Positions 58,843 through 64,000 of a stretch of 64,000 bases of DNA are shown here, one piece after another (the first letter of the stretch is position 1; the number at the start of each line of letters is the position of its first letter). The stretch covers positions 13,414-77,413 of the forward strand of contig JBIJDH010000029.1 of assembly GCA_044344255.1 (NCBI GenBank). The letters are read 5' to 3'. The stretch comes from Myxococcota bacterium. Its GTDB lineage: Bacteria > Myxococcota_A > UBA796 > UBA2385. The notes beneath the pieces were generated by a model. The model ran no database searches. It was given only the letters and a program-made list of their open reading frames with translations, and was not told the origin of the DNA. Both the position numbers and the translations under genes were made by a program.

Positions 58843-60114
58843 ATGCGCGCCGCCGACCTCCTCCGCTCCCGCTTCGGCGGCCTCGGGGCTCCCTTCTGGG
58901 CGCTGCAGGGGGGGCTATTCCTCAACCGGGCCGGCGCCTTCGTCCAGCCGCTGCTCATGTGGTGGCTGACCGGCCGCCACGGGCTCACGCTCACCCAGGC
59001 CGGGGCGGTGGTCTCGGTCTATGGGCTGGGGTCGGCCATCGGCACCACCGCCGGCGGGGTGGTGGCGGACCGCTTCGGCCGTAAGAAGGCCCTGCTGCTC
59101 TCGGCCCTCGGGGCGGCGGTGGCCCTGCTCGGCCTCGCCCAGACCACCACCGTGGCCGCCGTGGTGGTGGGGGCCTTCTGCCTCGCGGTCTTCTACGATC
59201 TGCACCGGCCCGCCGTCCACGCCATGGTGGCCGACCTCGTGCCCGCCGCGGACCGCCTGCGCGCTTATGCCCTCACCTACGTCACGGTGAACCTCGGCTT
59301 CGCGGTGGCCCCCGCCCTCGCCGGCTGGATCTCGGGCAAGAGCGACGTGGCCATCTTCTACGCGGCCGCCCTGGTGCAGGTCGGCTGGGCCGTCTTCGTG
59401 CGCGTCCGCCTGCCCGAGACGCGCCCGGCCCCCGTCGCCGGCGCCCCACCCTCGGGCGGCCTGCGGGCGGTGCTGCGGGACCGCGTCTTCATCGCCTGGC
59501 TGGCCGCGCTCTGGCTGGCCACCCTGCTCCCCCACCAGGCCTTCGTCGCCCTCGCCGGCTGGATGAAGCAGGAGGGGCACGCTGCCTCCACCTACGGCGC
59601 CGTGCTCGGCCTCAACGGGCTGCTCATCGTGCTCGTGCAGCCCTGGGTCGCGCCCCTGATCGGCCGGCGCGACCCCGTCCGCGTCCAGTGCCTCGCCTTC
59701 CTCCTCCAAGGGGTCGGCTTCGCGATGCACGGCCTCGGCCTGGGCGTGCCGGGCCACGTCGCCGCGGTGGTGGTCTGGACGGCGGGGGAGATCGTGGCCG
59801 CGCCCGTCACCTCGGCGGTCGTGGCCCGCCTCGCGCCGGTCGACCTGCGCGCTCGCTACCAGGGCATGACCGGCACCGCCTTCGCGCTCGCCGGGATGGT
59901 GGGCCCGCTGATGGGCGCGGCGGCGCTCGACTACTGGGGCGGCCTCATCTGGGCGGCCTGCCTCCTGATGGGCCTCCTCGCCGCCGCCGTGATGATGGCC
60001 GTCGGCCCGCACCTCCGGCGCCGCCTCGACGAGCCGTCGCACCCTCGCCCCGAACCGCACACCCCCGGAGAGCCTCCCGATGCGACATCCAGCCCCGAGC
60101 CCTCGCCTGCTTAG
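58843..60114 (+). CDS. MFS transporter (MdtH/YitG-like)
   Basis: FLNRAGAFVQP, motif A GGVVADRFGRKK, HRPAVHAMVADLVP, NLGFAV, APVDLRARYQG. Confidence 0.9.
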   Translation: MRAADLLRSRFGGLGAPFWALQGGLFLNRAGAFVQPLLMWWLTGRHGLTLTQAGAVVSVYGLGSAIGTTAGGVVADRFGRKKALLLSALGAAVALLGLAQTTTVAAVVVGAFCLAVFYDLHRPAVHAMVADLVPAADRLRAYALTYVTVNLGFAVAPALAGWISGKSDVAIFYAAALVQVGWAVFVRVRLPETRPAPVAGAPPSGGLRAVLRDRVFIAWLAALWLATLLPHQAFVALAGWMKQEGHAASTYGAVLGLNGLLIVLVQPWVAPLIGRRDPVRVQCLAFLLQGVGFAMHGLGLGVPGHVAAVVVWTAGEIVAAPVTSAVVARLAPVDLRARYQGMTGTAFALAGMVGPLMGAAALDYWGGLIWAACLLMGLLAAAVMMAVGPHLRRRLDEPSHPRPEPHTPGEPPDATSSPEPSPA

Positions 60115-61135
60115 CCTCCTGCTCCTCCTCGCCTGCTCGCCGGGGAAGGAGGACGCAGGCGTAGACGGCACAGACGGCACAGACGGCACAGACGGCACAG
60201 ACGGCGCAGACGGCACAGACGGCACAGACGGCGCAGACGGCACAGACGGCACAGACGGCACAGACGGGGGTGTCGATCCCTACGACTTCGCCTTCGTGAG
60301 CGCCGACGGCCAGAGCGCCGAGGGCACCACCCTGTCGCTCTATCGGGTGAGCCCCACGCTCGAGGCCCTGACCGACACCATCACGCCCCTGGTCACCGTG
60401 CCCGGGGTCGGCGACACCTGGCCCGTGGTGGTCGAACCCCCCGTCACCGAGGAGGCGCCTTACGCGGCCGGGATGCAGGTGGCCGTCTACGTGGCTGCCC
60501 TCTCCGATGACCGGAGCCTGCTCATCGGCATGTCCTCCACCCTCGCCTTCTACATCGCCGGCGAGCCTCCCGCCGAGTTCGCCGCCATCGGCTTCGTCGA
60601 GGGTTGGAACGCGGTCTACCGCGTGGGGGAGGCCGCCCCGGAGGTCACCTCCCTCTCGGCGATGCCGATGTCGCGGAACCTCGTGCTCACCGACGAGCTC
60701 ACGATCGGCGGGAGCTGGACGGCCCCGCCCGCCAGCGATGACCTGCTCTGCGCCGTCTCCGACCTCGACGAAGACACACTCGTCGCCGAGGGGCCGGCGG
60801 CCGATCCCTGGTCCCTCACGGTCGTGGGCGAGCCGCCCGAGGCCTGCCTCATCGACCTTGGCGGCCTCCGCGTTTGCCTGGCCGACGTGCGGGCCGCCGC
60901 CGACCTCGACGGCAGCGGCGACTGCACCGTGGGCGACGAGGCCTACGGCGTGGCGCACACCGAGGAGGGCGTGGAGGTGGCCCTCGTGTACGCGGCCGAG
61001 CCCGACGACCTCGACGCCGCCTACACCCTCACCTGTCAGCTCGGCGCGCGGGTGGGCTGGGTGGTGAGCCCGAACACCGACGCCGGGGTGGACGCCCTCG
61101 ACGAGGCCGAGGCCAACCGCCTCGTGCTGCCCTGA
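60080..61135 (+). CDS. Acidic lipoprotein with (DGT/DGA)n linker
   Basis: Lipobox LLLAC; 12 x DG(T/A/G) encoded by a 9-bp repeat; DLDGSGD motif. Confidence 0.78.
   Translation: MRHPAPSPRLLSLLLLLACSPGKEDAGVDGTDGTDGTDGTDGADGTDGTDGADGTDGTDGTDGGVDPYDFAFVSADGQSAEGTTLSLYRVSPTLEALTDTITPLVTVPGVGDTWPVVVEPPVTEEAPYAAGMQVAVYVAALSDDRSLLIGMSSTLAFYIAGEPPAEFAAIGFVEGWNAVYRVGEAAPEVTSLSAMPMSRNLVLTDELTIGGSWTAPPASDDLLCAVSDLDEDTLVAEGPAADPWSLTVVGEPPEACLIDLGGLRVCLADVRAAADLDGSGDCTVGDEAYGVAHTEEGVEVALVYAAEPDDLDAAYTLTCQLGARVGWVVSPNTDAGVDALDEAEANRLVLP
60164..60271 (+). repeat. Coding 9-bp tandem repeat GACGGCACA, about 12 copies
   Basis: Direct reading of the sequence. Confidence 0.92.
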
Positions 61136-61192
61136 GCCGCGGCCTCGATAGACCGCGAGGCGGTCCACGCCGCTCCCACCCGGGCTCGCCGC

Positions 61193-61879
61193 TCAGGGGT
61201 TGAGCACCCGCACGAAGTAGCCCGGCGGCGCGACCGGCACGTCCCCCGACGTCGACGAGAACGTATCGGCGGCCGCCTGCAGCGACGCGGTCGGGCCGCT
61301 CTGGACGAACACCCAACAGGTGTTCTCCGTCGCACGACAGGCCGCGTCCAGCTCCTCCAGCTTCACCCACTGTTCCCGAAACGCGAGCCCCTGCCCCATC
61401 AGGCTCACCACGAAGCCCACGACCGCGTCGTGCCGCTCCCCGAGCGCGCCCGACAGCGCCGCGAGGTTGGCGGGCGCGCCGAGCCAGGCCGACCGCACCC
61501 CCTCGTCCCCCGCGGTGAGGTCGGCGAAGTTCATCCCCACGTCCACGACGTCCAGGCCGTGATCCACCACCGCGTCGGCCACCCGCTCCCCGGTGCTCGC
61601 GGCGTCGGCGCCCTCCTCGCCCGCCGCCACGAGCCGCGCCGCGTCCCCGGCGGCGTCTGCGGCGTGGGCGCCCGCGGCGGCCTCTCCCGCCGCCCGCCCC
61701 GCCGTCACGACGCCCGCGCCCACCTCCGCGCCCACCTCCGCGCCCTTGCTCGCCAGGCGAGCCACGTCGTCGACCAGCGACACCTCGTGGCTGCACACCC
61801 GCACGACCGCGAGCGCGGCGACGCCCAGCCCTCCGAGGATCCCAGCGACAGGCGCCTTTCCGTCCGTCTCTCCGCTCAT
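61193..61879 (-). CDS. Hypothetical Ala/Gly-rich protein
   Basis: ORF with N-terminal hydrophobic segment and GC3 bias. Confidence 0.6.
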   Translation of the reverse strand: MSGETDGKAPVAGILGGLGVAALAVVRVCSHEVSLVDDVARLASKGAEVGAEVGAGVVTAGRAAGEAAAGAHAADAAGDAARLVAAGEEGADAASTGERVADAVVDHGLDVVDVGMNFADLTAGDEGVRSAWLGAPANLAALSGALGERHDAVVGFVVSLMGQGLAFREQWVKLEELDAACRATENTCWVFVQSGPTASLQAAADTFSSTSGDVPVAPPGYFVRVLNP

Positions 61880-61966
61880 GGGGCCACGGTATCACGGCGC
61901 CCCGGTGACGTTGAACGCCCGGTGCGGTCTACCACCGCGGACCAGGGACCTCCGACGACCGGGCGA

Positions 61967-62476
61967 TCACAGCCGGGAGTAGCGCATCTCCCAGGAGAGA
62001 TCGGCGTTCAGGCGGTCAGAGTGAATTGTCTTGCGGACCCGGAGATGCCCCTCGGCGGTGGCCTCGTAGACGACGTGCTGCACCCCGGCCTCGCCGTCGA
62101 AGTCAAAGGTGACCCGACCGCCCTCCTGCCCGGCGCGGAGGCGGTAGGCCCGCCCGTCGGCGGCGACCCCGGCCTTGGGGGGCTGGTCAAAGGCCGCGGT
62201 GACCTCGCCGATGCCGTCGCAGGCGACGGTGAAGGCCGAGGGCGCGAGGGTGGTGCGGTAGCCGTCGCAGACGGTCGCGGCCTGCACGAGGAGCGGGCGG
62301 GCGACCCCGCGGATGAGCAGGTTGAAGGGGCCAAGCAGCGTGTCGATGGCCGCGTCCCGGCGAGCCTCGACCGCGGCGCGAGGCTCGGCGAGGCGCCAAT
62401 GACCGGTGAGCGCCGGGAGGAGGGCGGGGGCCGCAGGGGCCGCCTGGACGACCGGCAGGAGGAGGAGGTGCAGCAT
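61967..62476 (-). CDS. Secreted hypothetical protein
   Basis: ATG 62476, signal-like MLHLLLLPVVQAA; the ORF-track extension to 63097 overlaps the next gene. Confidence 0.68.
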   Translation of the reverse strand: MLHLLLLPVVQAAPAAPALLPALTGHWRLAEPRAAVEARRDAAIDTLLGPFNLLIRGVARPLLVQAATVCDGYRTTLAPSAFTVACDGIGEVTAAFDQPPKAGVAADGRAYRLRAGQEGGRVTFDFDGEAGVQHVVYEATAEGHLRVRKTIHSDRLNADLSWEMRYSRL

Positions 62477-62510
62477 CGGCCTCGGATATCCCGCTGGCCC
62501 CCGGGCGGGC

Positions 62511-63623
62511 CTAAGGCACATCCCCCCGCGTGTAGGTCGCGCCGGTGAGCACCCGCGTCTCCAGGGCGGCGAGCGTACAGTCGGTCGTGGACAGGACCGC
62601 GCCCACCCCGTCCTCGGTCCCGAGGCCCTCGACGCGCAGGCCGCAGGCGCCGCCGATCTCCTCCGGCAGGAGGACCGCGAAGTGCCGGCCGAAGTGGTGG
62701 TGCTCCGGCGCGTAGATGAGCGACCAGTAGCTCTCTTGTGTCCAGGCGGTGCCGTCGAGCTCGCCCGAGGCCCGAATGAAGGCCGAGGGCTCGGTGCCGG
62801 CGTCGGAGGTGCCGATCTGCAGCTCGAGGTGGAGGGTGCCGCCGCCGAAGGTGATGTCGTGCGTGTCGGTGCGCCAGTGGGTTGAATAACAGGTGTCAAA
62901 GAGACGGCTGTCCGCGCTCCACTCCCCGTCGAGGTTCGGGTTGAGCACGCCCTGAAAGCCCTGCTCGTCGGTGGCCGACCGGCCATCGCCGTCGAGCAGC
63001 AGCGGATCATAGGCCCCGCCGGCCCCGGTGAGCGACACGGCCTGCCCCATCGACCAGTCCCCCTCGATGCCAGACATCGGCTCCAGCCACTGGACATAGA
63101 GGTAGTCTGTGCTCCCGTAGGTGCTCACGTTCGCGGTGGCCGGGCCGCTGCTGTCGGTGCTGATCCCCCGCCCGTCGGCGAACTCGACGCAGCTCGGCAG
63201 GCCGATGGTGTAGTCGCCCGTTACGGTGGGCAGTGGATACTCCCCCTCGATCACCCGCCACATCGCCTTCATGGCGAGGTTCTCCTCCAGGCTCCGCGAC
63301 TCGCTCGGCACCACGCAGTACACCGCGTCGCCCCCGGCTTGGAGCTGGCCCGTCCACGAGGGGTCCCCCACCGCGGTCGAGGCCTCCGGGCACCAGAACC
63401 AGGGGTCCGGCGGCTCGATGTCGGTGTCGGCGTCGGCGTCGGCGTCCGTATCAGCGTCCGTGTCGGCGTCCGCGTCCGCGTCTGTGTCTGCGTCACTGTC
63501 GGTGTCAGTGTCGGTGTCGGTATCGGTGTCGGCGTCGGCCTCGTCGGCGCCAGCGCCGCCCTTCCCGTCACAGGCCGCGAGGGCGAGGAGCAGCACGAGG
63601 GAGAGGCGGCAGAGGCTACACAT
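62511..63623 (-). CDS. Lipoprotein with (DT/DA)n linker
   Basis: GGAG RBS, lipobox LAAC, DADTDTDT repeats, YAPEHHHFGRHF motif. Confidence 0.8.
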   Translation of the reverse strand: MCSLCRLSLVLLLALAACDGKGGAGADEADADTDTDTDTDTDSDADTDADADADTDADTDADADADTDIEPPDPWFWCPEASTAVGDPSWTGQLQAGGDAVYCVVPSESRSLEENLAMKAMWRVIEGEYPLPTVTGDYTIGLPSCVEFADGRGISTDSSGPATANVSTYGSTDYLYVQWLEPMSGIEGDWSMGQAVSLTGAGGAYDPLLLDGDGRSATDEQGFQGVLNPNLDGEWSADSRLFDTCYSTHWRTDTHDITFGGGTLHLELQIGTSDAGTEPSAFIRASGELDGTAWTQESYWSLIYAPEHHHFGRHFAVLLPEEIGGACGLRVEGLGTEDGVGAVLSTTDCTLAALETRVLTGATYTRGDVP

Positions 63624-63681
63624 GGTCGGCTCACTCCAGACGGGGGACGCACCAGTGTAGCCGGGGGACCCTGCCGTCGGA

Positions 63682-63719
63682 GGGTGCCTTCAGCGGGGTC
63701 GGGTGCCTTCAGCGGGGTA
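63682..63719. repeat. 19-bp direct repeat GGGTGCCTTCAGCGGGGT x2 in a divergent intergenic region
   Basis: gggtgccttcagcggggtc gggtgccttcagcggggta. Confidence 0.8.
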
Positions 63720-63728
63720 GACTGGGCC

Positions 63729-64000
63729 GTGCTCCGCCCCCTGCCCCTCCCCGCGCTCTTGCTGGCTTGTTCGAACGCCTATGCGCCGCTCGTGGGGCTC
63801 GGCCAGCCCACGCCCTTCGGCGAGCCGGCGGAGGGGGAGGCCGAGGAGGCCCCGGCGGTCGAGCTCCCGGCGGTGCGGCTCAACGAGCTCCAGCCCGCCA
63901 ATGACTCCACCTACATGACCGAGGACGGCGGCTTCCCCGACTGGGTGGAGCTCTACAACGCCGCCGCGGTCGCCGTGCCCCGCGCCGCCCTCAGCCTCGA
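63729..64000 (+). CDS. Lamin-tail-domain lipoprotein (5' partial, runs off the window)
   Basis: Manual translation: MLRPLPLPALLLACSN...VRLNELQPANDSTYMTEDGGFPDWVELYN; absent from the ORF track. Confidence 0.8.
   Translation, partial: MLRPLPLPALLLACSNAYAPLVGLGQPTPFGEPAEGEAEEAPAVELPAVRLNELQPANDSTYMTEDGGFPDWVELYNAAAVAVPRAALSL

Noticed and set aside
58526..59084. Repeat-encoded peptides (MAPKGSA)n, (ALRGHR)n, (PFGAIA)n as RiPP precursors
   Set aside because: All frames are open simply because the 21-bp unit has no stop codon; no RBS, leader or modifying enzymes.
63418..63546. DT/DA coding repeat as a novel element
   Set aside because: Common low-complexity linker of myxobacterial lipoproteins.
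1..64000. tRNA, rRNA, transposase, integrase, phage or defence genes
   Set aside because: No recognisable motifs found by eye; a covariance-model or HMM search was not possible.

Overview
Very GC-rich bacterial chromosomal segment, most likely Myxococcota (MYXO-CTERM-like tail, many LxxC lipoproteins with Asp/Thr low-complexity linkers, DUF1501/cytochrome c cluster, ECF-antisigma-caspase cassette). About 45 genes. The window opens in a large minus-strand iterative type I PKS (PUFA-synthase-like; degenerate ER-like region, KS, AT, ACP, second KS-like domain) that runs off the left edge and is missing from the ORF track. Its visible ACP has Thr in place of the phosphopantetheine Ser. Other content: an MMPL + LolA-like + outer-membrane protein operon, a CLC-F fluoride exporter, an ABC exporter, an arylsulfotransferase, a Fur-boxed outer-membrane protein + cytochrome c pair, a bacterial cystatin, a lamin-tail/CotH kinase, a class I isoprenoid-synthase-like enzyme, a DUF1501 cluster, an M4 protease, cytochrome c peroxidase, adenylate cyclase, a GT-C glycosyltransferase, a P450 and MFS transporters. 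The best candidate for an undescribed system is a 21-aa peptide gene (MKTRTNLKSGFNPQPDPPGRH, 20554-20619) with a consensus sigma-54 promoter, RBS and downstream hairpin, directly before an ABC exporter. Also notable: an 11x21-bp UUCG-hairpin array next to a duplicated fragment of the adjacent MFS gene, a probable ATC start codon, and repeated short tandem duplications at gene ends. No tRNA, rRNA, CRISPR array or transposase was recognised. All calls come from motif reading by eye, with no database search.
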